A stretch of 64,000 bases of DNA, taken from a virus (taxonomy: Duplodnaviria; Heunggongvirae; Uroviricota; Caudoviricetes). A model generated the notes under the pieces. The model searched no databases. It was not told the origin of the DNA and was given only the letters and a program-made list of their open reading frames with translations. Where the stretch lies: the IMG/VR virus record IMGVR_UViG_3300028549_001428; one strand, given 5' to 3'. This document shows, in pieces, positions 8,112 through 17,893 of the stretch (the first letter of the stretch is position 1; each line of letters starts with the position of its first letter). The position numbers were made by a program, and so were the translations under genes.

Positions 8112-8140
8112 AATATAGATAAAAAGTTTGGTTATGTCAA
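8112..8140 (-). promoter_or_regulatory. sigma70-type promoter of ligase
   Basis: TTGACA N17 TATATT. Confidence 0.8.
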
Positions 8141-8142
8141 TG

Positions 8143-8169
8143 AAAAAGGCGAAGTTTCCTTCGCCCTTT
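8143..8169 (-). terminator. Intrinsic terminator after the vWA operon
   Basis: GGCGAAG/CTTCGCC stem with U-tract. Confidence 0.75.
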
Positions 8170-8172
8170 AGT

Positions 8173-8763
8173 TTATTTAGATGATCTATAACTCGTAGTG
8201 TAGTTTGATAGGGTATCATATGCCCCACGCATACCAGTCGAATTAGAAGCAAATGCAAATGAATTTTCATTTCTAATACCGATCATATCAGCAGCTTGCG
8301 CAACGTTGATATTAGCAGCCATGAATACAAATTCCCATGAATACTTTTCAGTTTGATGTTGAATCATATCCTTTATATTCTTTGCATTATATTCTTTAGA
8401 TGCATTATCCTCACCATCAGTCATGATACAAAATAAAACTTTAGATGGTCTTTCAGATTCATCTGTTTTATGTAAATCAGAACCAATGGTATTCATTGCA
8501 TATGCAATTGCATCATACATTGCGGTTGATCCACCCACATAATAAGTGGTATTATCAAATAATGGAACATCAGCAATTGGAATTCTTTCATATACATGAT
8601 TAATAACATGATCAAATAAAATTAGTGAGAATTTTGCTTCTCCTTCTAAGTTTTTTTGATCTTTGATAAATTGGTTCATACCACCAATAACATCATTAGT
8701 CATGTTTCCCATTGAACCTGATCGGTCAATAATCGCTATTATTTCTGTTGAATTTTCTTTCAT
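8173..8763 (-). CDS. von Willebrand factor A (vWA) domain protein
   Basis: MIDAS DRSGSM, T.MYDA, TDGEDNAS, WEFVF. Confidence 0.92.
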   Translation of the reverse strand: MKENSTEIIAIIDRSGSMGNMTNDVIGGMNQFIKDQKNLEGEAKFSLILFDHVINHVYERIPIADVPLFDNTTYYVGGSTAMYDAIAYAMNTIGSDLHKTDESERPSKVLFCIMTDGEDNASKEYNAKNIKDMIQHQTEKYSWEFVFMAANINVAQAADMIGIRNENSFAFASNSTGMRGAYDTLSNYTTSYRSSK

Positions 8764-8776
8764 ATTTACTCCTTAA

Positions 8777-9961
8777 TTAGCCTACTGGCAATCCACTTAA
8801 CATACTTCCACTTTCACCGACAAATCCATGCGATGCCCATTTATCGAATTCATCTTGGAATACAAAATACACACGCATTACTGCATCTGGTGCATTCTTC
8901 CAAGTTGAAATTCCATATTTATCTTCCGCAAGTTCTTGCTTAATAACTGCACCTGCACCAACCGCAACTTCCTTTACCTTAATCTCATCATTGCTATATA
9001 AGGTTATACCACGTTGTTTTTCTTCATAACTATCTTCCAAACAATTAGACAAAAAATTATCTGGCGCAACTGAATTAGTTAATGAAGTCACATTCGAACC
9101 ATTTGAATTATCTATCGCACAACAATAAAAAGTTTCTGTTACAGGTGTCCATTTAGTAGTTAATGATTTCTTTTTTGGTTGTGAACTAAATCCTCTCCCA
9201 GCTACGCCTTGCACACCAGGCGCACCAGCAATACCTTGCACACCTTTAGAATATAGACCTGCTATACCAGCAAATGCAATGCCTGAGTTAATGTCATTTG
9301 GTTGATTCAATTTACCTTTAACAACATTGGTTTTATAAAAACTTTCATTTACTGTTCTAAATGTACCAGTAGTTTTATCATATATAACTGACATATGTTT
9401 TTCTACTGGTGTATAGAAAGCAAATCCAAATGCAGGTACGGTATTTTCTGAACCTAGTTTCTGGGATGCAACATCACGCATCATATCTTCGGTAAAGAAG
9501 AATTGACGTACAGTTCCATCAGCATCTCTAAATCCATCCCACCATAAGTAGTTAGGTGCGGTTACATAATTTTGCGAAGCCCACTTATAACCACATTCTG
9601 GGCAATAACGATCTTTTTCAAAATCGACTCCATGTACAGGACATTTAGTTTGATAGGATTCAAGTGTGAATCCATCTATCTGCTGACCTGTGATTGGATT
9701 ACATCCTTTAACAGATGGAAGAACTGCTGTATTTTCTTGGTCATTCAATGTCCAATCAAACCACAATCCTTTATTTGCCTTTACAGGAACAACAACAGAA
9801 CCTTCAGCATCCATCCAATTATCAGGACGTTTTTTAAACGAACTTACTTTATATGTTGGAAGTGGTTTACCTGGAGGCAATCCAAATTGCTCGGAACCAA
9901 CTAGACGATCAGCTTCCATTATTCTTGCTTTAAAACCGTTACATTCAATAACATTATTCAT
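8777..9961 (-). CDS. Conserved-looking hypothetical protein with inserted Zn-finger
   Basis: LPPG..P, NYVTAP..WWDG....G.VRQF, VGAGA.I.Q....D motifs; CPVH..CPEC. Confidence 0.75.
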   Translation of the reverse strand: MNNVIECNGFKARIMEADRLVGSEQFGLPPGKPLPTYKVSSFKKRPDNWMDAEGSVVVPVKANKGLWFDWTLNDQENTAVLPSVKGCNPITGQQIDGFTLESYQTKCPVHGVDFEKDRYCPECGYKWASQNYVTAPNYLWWDGFRDADGTVRQFFFTEDMMRDVASQKLGSENTVPAFGFAFYTPVEKHMSVIYDKTTGTFRTVNESFYKTNVVKGKLNQPNDINSGIAFAGIAGLYSKGVQGIAGAPGVQGVAGRGFSSQPKKKSLTTKWTPVTETFYCCAIDNSNGSNVTSLTNSVAPDNFLSNCLEDSYEEKQRGITLYSNDEIKVKEVAVGAGAVIKQELAEDKYGISTWKNAPDAVMRVYFVFQDEFDKWASHGFVGESGSMLSGLPVG

Positions 9962-9970
9962 ATGATCTCC

Positions 9971-10867
9971 TTAGTATATTTTCTTGCTTGGGTTAAATGG
10001 ATCGCTTACTTTAGCAGTAGGTGATTCATATACAATTAATTTAGGCAATGAATCAGTGCGATCTTTCTTTTCCCATACAGATACTAATTCAGGATATGTA
10101 GCAAATAAGTTATTCAATCCTTTTTCAGCTTCTTGCACTAAGAATATCTCTGCATTCTTGCTTTGCTTTCCTGTTGATTCGTATACCAATCTCATGAATT
10201 GACGTTCTTTATTACCAACCTTGGAGAAATTCAATCCACAGTCTGCACAATATCCATCAAACAAAATTGATTGTGGACGCAATGGAGAAACATAGCGTTC
10301 TCTATTTTCTGGGTGATATTCTTCAATTCGATATATACGAATTATTTCATTATCTGTTGTTTTGTACACTGCTGGAATTTCTTCTTTTCTTGCTCTCTTT
10401 AACATTAGAAGAGTTGCTTCGACATCAATTGTATTTGTCTTAGTTAATACAACAAAACGTCTTCCCTTGGAACGCTTATTCAATTCATATTCCAACTCTT
10501 GACTTTCTGATTCCATATATGAATTAAGAACTTCAGTGTCAGACCAATTCGCAATTGGCTTAGTTGAATTCAAAATCTTTTCCAATGAACTTTCAGACAT
10601 AATACCTGATTTCTGTTCGGTTGGTTGATTTATTGTATCTCTCTTTAAAATCTTAACTGCTGTAACCAAAGCTACTTCAGTTTTAGAAATAAATAAACGA
10701 GTCGATAGAGATTCCAATATTTCGGATTCTGTTGCGTTATTTAATATTATTTCGATTAGTTCATCTGATGGATCACCCTTAACGGTGAATGCGATTTTTA
10801 ATTCAGATGCTGTGATGCCTAATATGGCAGATGCTTGGTCAATACGACCTGATATAGTATTATTCAT
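9971..10867 (-). CDS. Hypothetical protein, first gene of the vWA operon
   Basis: 298-aa ORF with AAGGA SD; CADC motif. Confidence 0.75.
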   Translation of the reverse strand: MNNTISGRIDQASAILGITASELKIAFTVKGDPSDELIEIILNNATESEILESLSTRLFISKTEVALVTAVKILKRDTINQPTEQKSGIMSESSLEKILNSTKPIANWSDTEVLNSYMESESQELEYELNKRSKGRRFVVLTKTNTIDVEATLLMLKRARKEEIPAVYKTTDNEIIRIYRIEEYHPENRERYVSPLRPQSILFDGYCADCGLNFSKVGNKERQFMRLVYESTGKQSKNAEIFLVQEAEKGLNNLFATYPELVSVWEKKDRTDSLPKLIVYESPTAKVSDPFNPSKKIY

Positions 10868-10997
10868 ACTGAGTCCTTTGTATCTTATTGATACGATTAT
10901 GTTATGTACAAATCCTCTGTACTGAGAGCTTGCGTTTTATTCCCTGCAAGTCTTTCGGGATATTATAAATATAGTTTTTTATTAGTTATTTACTAAA

Positions 10998-11183
10998 TTA
11001 TTTTTCATATTTTATTTTTGAATTACATGAGTGTTCTTGTGCATATCTAAGCACCTCACAAAAATCCAACATTTGTTGATGACGCACTTTCTTCTCGATC
11101 TCATATTGTTCTTCGGTAATGCCCATTATTTCTAGCATTCTCTTTTTGTTATTTTTAAGTTCATCTTCACTTAATTGCATCAA
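10998..11183 (-). CDS. Small hypothetical protein
   Basis: ORF overlapping the RNA ligase stop. Confidence 0.5.
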   Translation of the reverse strand: MMQLSEDELKNNKKRMLEIMGITEEQYEIEKKVRHQQMLDFCEVLRYAQEHSCNSKIKYEK

Positions 11184-11841
11184 TCATTCCATTTTTAATT
11201 ATTTCTTTATTCATCCAATGATCGGTGTCATCATTCACATGACCTTTACGCACAAATTTAGCTATGTATTGAGCAAATTGCTCATCATCGTGTTTAGAAT
11301 CAGAAAAATCAACGGTAAACGAATCAGCTATGCGTATTACATAACCTTCTTGACGTTCTAAATCCATGTTAGCCACAAGTGTTTTTAATATTTTTTCATC
11401 AAAAATACCACGATACAGAACAGGAACTGCTGTAATTCCTAATTCATCGAACCACCTCATAGTTTCATCCCATGATTTGCATTCATTTCCTTCCCATAAT
11501 GAAAACCCCATAAAATATGATGGTAATGCATCATATCCAATAGAATGCCTAGCATATAGATTTTCACCACATACTCTCCAACCATAAGGAAGTTTAAAAT
11601 ATCGTTCAGACCAAAATTTCTTTAACCAATTGCGAGATGGATGATTATTAGAATCCAAAGAACGAGCATGTGTATATCCATCAAAATAAGCCGATGAATT
11701 TTCACCATCTTTTTTCTCGGAACAAACTATCTCTTTACCAATAAACTGATCGATTGACTTCAATATCTTATCATCACGTGATGCCCCTTGGCTCCACGGT
11801 AAATGCGATGTTTTAGGATATTTTACTACATAGTTATTCAT
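11167..11841 (-). CDS. RNA ligase family nucleotidyltransferase
   Basis: KYPKTSHLPWS, EKKDGEN (motif I), CGEN, EGYVIR, AKFVR; likely start MNNYVVK. Confidence 0.88.
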   Translation of the reverse strand: MNNYVVKYPKTSHLPWSQGASRDDKILKSIDQFIGKEIVCSEKKDGENSSAYFDGYTHARSLDSNNHPSRNWLKKFWSERYFKLPYGWRVCGENLYARHSIGYDALPSYFMGFSLWEGNECKSWDETMRWFDELGITAVPVLYRGIFDEKILKTLVANMDLERQEGYVIRIADSFTVDFSDSKHDDEQFAQYIAKFVRKGHVNDDTDHWMNKEIIKNGMIDAIK

Positions 11842-11879
11842 AATTACCAAATATAACAATTTTTTACTATATTTCCAAT

Positions 11880-12215
11880 ATGCGCATACGAAATTTACCA
11901 AAAACCGATTGGGATATATCCCTGTATAACACCGACTACTATGGTTATGGTGATGTCGATGTGTTTACATCAAAAGAAAAAAACATTGGGGAACGAGTCA
12001 TTTGCCTGTTTAGAAAAAAAGACCTTGAATATTATACAAATGATTCATGCACAAAAACAGTATTCGCTATCCTATGTAATAGCTGTGGGGTAAAATCGGG
12101 GATAAATGAACTTCGGGGATTGGTAGCAGGTCAAATAGTTCCAATTCAATTTAATGGTGAGTATAGTCCTCAAATTCCTCTAATTTGGATACAAAAACGT
12201 TTCTGGGAAATGTAA
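11880..12215 (+). CDS. Hypothetical protein
   Basis: 111-aa ORF divergent from the RNA ligase. Confidence 0.5.
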   Translation: MRIRNLPKTDWDISLYNTDYYGYGDVDVFTSKEKNIGERVICLFRKKDLEYYTNDSCTKTVFAILCNSCGVKSGINELRGLVAGQIVPIQFNGEYSPQIPLIWIQKRFWEM

Positions 12216-12229
12216 GATTCATTATTCCA

Positions 12230-12257
12230 TTGACAATTCGGCTGTTTTTTCTATATT
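12230..12257 (+). promoter_or_regulatory. sigma70-type early promoter
   Basis: TTGACA N16 TATATT. Confidence 0.7.
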
Positions 12258-12289
12258 AGTCTCATAAACCTATAACCTGTGAGATTACA

Positions 12290-13342
12290 ATGACAGAAAA
12301 TACATATACGTTGGATAAAGTTGCATTCAAGGCAATGGACAAAGCCGAAAAATACAACGAGGTGGCTAACTATATTACTCGATTTGGTAAACTACCATCT
12401 ACAAATGGTAAACCCGATGATGAACGTACCCTTGGTCAATTTTGGACTAATGCAAAGGCAGCTTCTAAGCGTGAAGATGCTAAACAATGGGAACTTGATC
12501 GCATTGCCGAGATTATGAACAGCCTTCCCAATAAGAATAGTCGCATGGAAAAGATCAAGACCATCATCAAATTCTGCAACACCCATAGTAAAACACCAAG
12601 TCAATCTAGTTCAGATGACACTGAACGCAAGTTATCTCAAAGTCTGAATGCACTCAAGATTTTAGCAAAAAATGGAAATCTGTCTCTAGCAGAAGCTGAA
12701 TTGTTTGCAACAATCCACAACTTCCGCAGTAATTATCAGAAGGCTCGTTCCGAAAAACTCAAGGAAATTCTGGAATTCTGTAATGAGCACGAGCACACTC
12801 CACGCCAACATGTTAAAGATGATGAAACCGAAAAGCGCATGGCTGAACTTCTTTCAACCACAAAGGCACTTCTTGCAAAAGATAAGCTGGATGCTGAATG
12901 CACTGCACTATTGAAGCAAATTTTGGATTTTGCTCCTATGAGTCGTATGGAAAAATTGAAGCAACTTCAAGAATTTGTTGCTGTAAATAAGTATGCACCA
13001 AAGGTCAATTCCAACAATAGCAATGAACGTCAGTTATCAGCTTTCCTTACCAAAATGAAGGCGTTCATGAAGTCTGATAAATTGACTCAGGATGAAATCA
13101 CACTCCTTAATACCATTCTTACGATGGCAAACGTAAAGAGTCGGATGGACAAGTTGAATGATTTGTATACGTACACTCAATCAATCGGTCATTATCCTAA
13201 GTTGAATACCGATGATGAAGAGGAACGTAAATTTGCAATGTTCTTTACGAATATCAAGCAATGCAGACGTGCAGGTAAACTAACTGATGCTGAATCTGCT
13301 GTACTAACTCTGGTAGAAGAGTACACAACAGAACCTGTTTAG
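12290..13342 (+). CDS. Tandem helicase-associated (HA)-like repeat protein
   Basis: Five ~65-aa repeats F...H...P.....D..ERKL..F....K.....GKL; ends in TAG. Confidence 0.75.
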   Translation: MTENTYTLDKVAFKAMDKAEKYNEVANYITRFGKLPSTNGKPDDERTLGQFWTNAKAASKREDAKQWELDRIAEIMNSLPNKNSRMEKIKTIIKFCNTHSKTPSQSSSDDTERKLSQSLNALKILAKNGNLSLAEAELFATIHNFRSNYQKARSEKLKEILEFCNEHEHTPRQHVKDDETEKRMAELLSTTKALLAKDKLDAECTALLKQILDFAPMSRMEKLKQLQEFVAVNKYAPKVNSNNSNERQLSAFLTKMKAFMKSDKLTQDEITLLNTILTMANVKSRMDKLNDLYTYTQSIGHYPKLNTDDEEERKFAMFFTNIKQCRRAGKLTDAESAVLTLVEEYTTEPV

Positions 13343-13364
13343 CATAAAATACTTAAATTTTAAT

Positions 13365-13392
13365 AAAAAAGCCCCTTTTGGGGCTTTTTTTT
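13365..13392. terminator. Intrinsic terminator
   Basis: AAAAAAGCCCC-TTTT-GGGGCTTTTTTTT. Confidence 0.85.
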
Positions 13393-13459
13393 ATTTACAA
13401 ACACCTCCAAAATTTCTATTTTATTAGAGAGATACTAACGATAAATCAAGGTGACTATT

Positions 13460-14179
13460 ATGGCTAAAATATTTTTGTTTGATCAATGGAATTCAGTGTT
13501 AAAATCATGTCCTACAGCAGATTACAATGCTGGGAAATCTGTATATGATCAACTGGTAGCTATTTATACAGGTGATGATAGGCATCATCATGGTATTAAG
13601 CATATCATGCACTATATAACACGATTGAGGGATTTATTCGGTGTGTATCAATTTGATGCTATTGAATTAAATAAATGTATAATGGGTGCGTTTTTCCATG
13701 ACGTTGAGTATAATGTAAAGAAACCCACTGATACCACAACTATTATTAGTGATGAACAACTAAGTGCTATGTATGCAAGTAATGCGTTGAAGCAAATCGG
13801 ATTTGATGAAGATTTTATAACCGATGTCAGTAATTTAATTCTATTAACTGAATCGCATAAGCCAAATGAGTCGCTTTCTATTGATCCGTTACTTCAAACC
13901 ATATTCATTGACGCTGATATGGCAATTCTCGGAGAAGAACCATTTTTATATGTCCAATACAGTGATGCAATTAAAGAAGAATACAAAAATATAGAGCCTG
14001 AAGCATTTATCTTAGGTCGAAAGAATTTTTTAACCAAACTTGGCAAACATAAAACTATATTTTTAACTGAATACATGAATGAACTATACAACGATCAAGC
14101 CCATTCTAATATTGAAAGTGAAATAAAGGATTTGAATCGATTGTATGTTGAATTATTAACAGCACCAGAAGAGGTTTAA
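13460..14179 (+). CDS. HD-superfamily phosphohydrolase
   Basis: RHHH...H, FFHDVEY, DE..SA, DADMAILG, EEY motifs. Confidence 0.85.
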   Translation: MAKIFLFDQWNSVLKSCPTADYNAGKSVYDQLVAIYTGDDRHHHGIKHIMHYITRLRDLFGVYQFDAIELNKCIMGAFFHDVEYNVKKPTDTTTIISDEQLSAMYASNALKQIGFDEDFITDVSNLILLTESHKPNESLSIDPLLQTIFIDADMAILGEEPFLYVQYSDAIKEEYKNIEPEAFILGRKNFLTKLGKHKTIFLTEYMNELYNDQAHSNIESEIKDLNRLYVELLTAPEEV

Positions 14180-14180
14180 T

Positions 14181-14936
14181 ATGAATAAGAAATTCCCAAT
14201 TAATTACGGTAAAGATGAACTTGAATTTATTTTTAACATGTGTGCAATGAGTCCATACATTAAGAATAATTCTGATTATAAAAAGAAAGCATCTGAAACT
14301 CGAATTGTTTTATCCGATACTACACTTGTGAATGCGTTTGCATCTGGATCGAATGGATCATTCAAAATTCAGATGAATTCTGGCTTGTGTAATATCTATG
14401 TATTTATTGGATTGGCACTTGCTAAATACAGAGTCGATAATAATATTAATGACTTGATTCAAGCATGTAGATGGGCAGGTGAACGCACCAATAAAAACCA
14501 ATATCATTTCAGCAAAGAAATGATAGCTGAAGGTATCGCTGAATTTAATTATTCAGAAAGTGATCCATTCATGCATGATGCTGGTTCATATTTCACAGGG
14601 CTTGCGTTAAGCGTTTGTGGGCATGAATTAGGGCATATTTGTTGCGGTCATACTCTGAACCAATCTGTTAGCGATCAGACCTCCAGAAACGACGAAAGAA
14701 CCGCTGATTTGTTTGCACAGTCAATCATCGCAACAACTCCATTCGGTAGCTATCTAATTCTGTCATCTATGTTTGTCGAAATCGTATTTGCATGGATGAG
14801 TCCAAATGAAGCCGATTCCCCTGCTACAACACATCCGTATAGCCGTGAACGTGCATATAACATATTAACAAGTCATGAAGAATATCTTCAATCTATAGGA
14901 ATCAATAAGTCAAATATTGATGACTTTCTACCTTGA
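14181..14936 (+). CDS. Zinc metallopeptidase (M48/Lit-like)
   Basis: VNAFA, HELGH, E..AD, THP...R. Confidence 0.8.
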   Translation: MNKKFPINYGKDELEFIFNMCAMSPYIKNNSDYKKKASETRIVLSDTTLVNAFASGSNGSFKIQMNSGLCNIYVFIGLALAKYRVDNNINDLIQACRWAGERTNKNQYHFSKEMIAEGIAEFNYSESDPFMHDAGSYFTGLALSVCGHELGHICCGHTLNQSVSDQTSRNDERTADLFAQSIIATTPFGSYLILSSMFVEIVFAWMSPNEADSPATTHPYSRERAYNILTSHEEYLQSIGINKSNIDDFLP

Positions 14937-14945
14937 GAGGCATAA

Positions 14946-15320
14946 ATGAACATAGGAATTGACATACATGGAGTTCTTGATAAACATAGATTTTTTAAAA
15001 CTATGGGTAAAGTAATGAGAGAGGGTGGTTCTCATATTCATATCATAACAGGAACCACAACTGAATCAGCACTGAAAGACCTTGCCTTGCTTGGTATGAA
15101 GAAAGATATTCACTATGATTATCTTTTTTCGATTACTGATTATTTGATTGCGAAAGGCATTACAGTTGAATGGAAGGATGGAAACAATCCATTATTTCCA
15201 TATGAAGAATGGGATAAAGCAAAAGCTGAATATTGTGCTAGAAACAACATTGATATTCACTTCGATGATACAGTAAGATATGGAGAGTATTTCACTACTC
15301 CATTTGCTCTGGTTCGCTAA
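14946..15320 (+). CDS. HAD-like small protein
   Basis: IGIDIHGV, IITG, K...C, IHFDD. Confidence 0.7.
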   Translation: MNIGIDIHGVLDKHRFFKTMGKVMREGGSHIHIITGTTTESALKDLALLGMKKDIHYDYLFSITDYLIAKGITVEWKDGNNPLFPYEEWDKAKAEYCARNNIDIHFDDTVRYGEYFTTPFALVR

Positions 15321-15600
15321 ATTTTATTCTATTCATTATATGTTCGGGAAGTATAGGTAACATTGATTCAACGTCTGCTTTCACTTCCTGAACATAATAA
15401 CAATCTAATACATCTTTACCACTTAATTTAGGAGCCGTGGATTCATCTAATCCTGGCTTTTTTATTTGTTCCTTTGGTATATCTATAATCGAAGTGTAAC
15501 CACTTTCTGGTTCTGCGTCTTCAACCATTATTAATAAACCTTCGGAATCAAATGTAATTGCTTCTTTTAGTGTAGCGTATGAGAAAAAATTAGGTGGCAT
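15295..15600 (-). CDS. Hypothetical protein, late-type promoter
   Basis: ORF starts 5 nt after TATAAACTA (15606-15614); ends in TAG. Confidence 0.55.
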   Translation of the reverse strand: MPPNFFSYATLKEAITFDSEGLLIMVEDAEPESGYTSIIDIPKEQIKKPGLDESTAPKLSGKDVLDCYYVQEVKADVESMLPILPEHIMNRIKFSEPEQME

Positions 15601-15613
15601 ATTTTTAGTTTAT

Positions 15614-15640
15614 AAAAAAAGCCTACGTAAGTAGGCTTTT
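15614..15640. terminator. Intrinsic terminator
   Basis: AAAAGCCTAC-GTAA-GTAGGCTTTT. Confidence 0.8.
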
Positions 15641-15642
15641 AT

Positions 15643-16611
15643 TTATTTTTCGGTTAATACTACACCATTCGGTAATATTGCTTTTCGACTTTCTCCAACC
15701 ATTTTAATTGGAACTTCTTGAATTACAAAATCATCACCATGAACAAAAACCAATCCAAATCCTAATACATGATTTGTTGGTTGACCACCATGCCAACCCA
15801 TTTCAGTCTTTGCAAGTGAACCAAATGACCATGCTGATACAGATTCACTAGTAATTGGATTTCTATTTGTGTAATGCTGTGATCTATGTGTATGAGCATG
15901 CACAATTGAATAACCACCAGATATCATTTCCAAATGCACTTTAGCTGAGTTCTTAGAGATAGACCAGCCATGAATACATAATAGTTTTGGAGTTAATTGT
16001 AACACACCCTCAGTAACGCTTTCATTTCCATATGGAAGTACATGAACACCCAACTCTTCGTATACATCGGTAGGTAATAGTTCATTATAGATATGTATTG
16101 CAAGATCATTACCAAAACCAGCACCCTTCATAATATCTTTCGCAATCTTTTTGTTTAATCTATTTTCATGATTACCCAATAAAGAATAGAAATTTGCATT
16201 TGGACATGACTTCATTGCTGGCTTCCAGAAATCTTCAATCGCCCATTCAATTTCTTCTGCATATTCAGGAACACGTTCAAATACGGAAGATGATGGATGT
16301 GATGACATACTACCACATTCAAGTAAATCACCCATCTGAACAACTTTAGTTACGTTATATGCCTTATTTAATATCGGCAATGCTTTCATACATAAATCAA
16401 ATGCTTTCTTATCTCGCATATATGAATGTACATCTGGTATCAATATAAAACATTGGTCATGTTCATCTGATTTACGTTTACTTACCTTTTCTTGAGGTAA
16501 AGGTTTTATTGCCTTTTCTTCTCTAAATTTTTCAGTTTTAGCCTTGTCACTAGCTTTAAAGGCTTTCCGTTCCATATGTTTTTCAAGTAATTTTTTTACT
16601 CCGCTTGCCAT
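15643..16611 (-). CDS. Calcineurin-like metallophosphoesterase
   Basis: PDVH, GD, GNHE, HG, AHTHR motifs; likely start MASGV. Confidence 0.88.
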   Translation of the reverse strand: MASGVKKLLEKHMERKAFKASDKAKTEKFREEKAIKPLPQEKVSKRKSDEHDQCFILIPDVHSYMRDKKAFDLCMKALPILNKAYNVTKVVQMGDLLECGSMSSHPSSSVFERVPEYAEEIEWAIEDFWKPAMKSCPNANFYSLLGNHENRLNKKIAKDIMKGAGFGNDLAIHIYNELLPTDVYEELGVHVLPYGNESVTEGVLQLTPKLLCIHGWSISKNSAKVHLEMISGGYSIVHAHTHRSQHYTNRNPITSESVSAWSFGSLAKTEMGWHGGQPTNHVLGFGLVFVHGDDFVIQEVPIKMVGESRKAILPNGVVLTEK

Positions 16612-16625
16612 ACTATTCCTCGTTG

Positions 16626-17258
16626 TTAATTTAACCATAACTGAACAGGAGTAGTATCCCAATCAGTATTAAATTGATTTACATATACATAACCATTATT
16701 TTTCAGCCCATTAATAGTATCTTTATCGGACACATCAGGAACAACAAACATAGCAGGGGCAACTGTTTCTAATAATCTACGCAATTCACCAGCGATGCCC
16801 ATTTGTTTATACTCATCAATAACAGTAAAAAATTCTTGTTGTATTCTATTTTCTAGATTGGTTGCCGCTTTCAATGAATAAAAATCTAATGGTGTTATAC
16901 CCATATAATTTTCAACCGTAGGATCAACTATTGTAGCAACTCCTACTGGTATATTTTGTTCGGTTACATACGCAACAGCTAATGATGCTAACAATTTATC
17001 TATTGTATTCGGACCTTTGGTTGTGGTAGTGTCCGTCTCTGGTGTATCTAAGTTGTTTTTCTTATCAATTATATCAGACAATTGATATAATACATCATCG
17101 GGTAAATCTGATGGATTTACAATCGTTGATTCAAATCTATTAGAATCAAATGGATGTGACTGTTTCTGTCCCTCTTCCTTTACATTATATTCTACACTTT
17201 CATTAAACGATTTTAAATCACCTAGTGTTAAAAAATCATGTATTTTTGTTGTTTTCAT
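16626..17258 (-). CDS. Hypothetical protein, possibly GNAT-like
   Basis: PVGVATI and VIDEYKQMGIAGEL resemble GNAT motif A. Confidence 0.5.
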   Translation of the reverse strand: MKTTKIHDFLTLGDLKSFNESVEYNVKEEGQKQSHPFDSNRFESTIVNPSDLPDDVLYQLSDIIDKKNNLDTPETDTTTTKGPNTIDKLLASLAVAYVTEQNIPVGVATIVDPTVENYMGITPLDFYSLKAATNLENRIQQEFFTVIDEYKQMGIAGELRRLLETVAPAMFVVPDVSDKDTINGLKNNGYVYVNQFNTDWDTTPVQLWLN

Positions 17259-17439
17259 TAACTTAATTTCCAGCTATATTTAAGCAATGTTTATATTTAC
17301 ATTGTTGTTTAACTAAATATAACATAAATTGTTACATTATATATAATTTTTTTGTGTTATTTTTGTACACATGGTGTTCCACATTTAAACAGACACTATT
17401 TTACCCCCGAAATACATACAAAATTACATGATATTTATT

Positions 17440-17455
17440 TGGCACGTATATTGCT
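17440..17455 (+). promoter_or_regulatory. sigma54 (RpoN) -24/-12 promoter of hsp20
   Basis: TGGCAC-GTATA-TTGCT, exact consensus TGGCAC-N5-TTGCW. Confidence 0.8.
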
Positions 17456-17518
17456 CTTATATAATTCAGAAAACGTGATATGTACGTTTTCTAATTAACA
17501 CAAATACAAGGAGAAAAA

Positions 17519-17893
17519 ATGCGTGTACTATCTATGACAAATCTATTAGACGAATTGGTATCTGAATCATTTGGCTACGTCCAACCAAACAATGATTATA
17601 TTGTTGAGAAGGATGATTCATTTGAAATTGAAATCGATATACCAGGTGTTACTAAAGAAGACATCGAACTTAGTGTCGAGGATGATTATCTAACAATTAT
17701 AGCAGATAGAAAGCCTAGTGCTTCTACTGGTAAAGTTATTAAATCATCTAAGAGTAAAGGATATCTCAATTCATATAAGTTAGGTGCTGGAGTCAGTCAA
17801 ACAGAGATCAAAGCTAAATATGAAAATGGAGTTCTTAAAGTTATTGTTGGTAAAAAACAGAAACCTAAAGAAAACAAAATAGTAGTTGAATAA
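17519..17893 (+). CDS. Small heat shock protein (Hsp20/alpha-crystallin)
   Basis: IDIPGVTKEDI, L.I, IKAKYENGVLKV. Confidence 0.92.
   Translation: MRVLSMTNLLDELVSESFGYVQPNNDYIVEKDDSFEIEIDIPGVTKEDIELSVEDDYLTIIADRKPSASTGKVIKSSKSKGYLNSYKLGAGVSQTEIKAKYENGVLKVIVGKKQKPKENKIVVE

Noticed and set aside
10868-10973. c-di-GMP-I (GEMM) riboswitch
   Set aside because: CGAAAG and CGCAAG fragments are present but the GGCAAA-P2/P3 architecture could not be built
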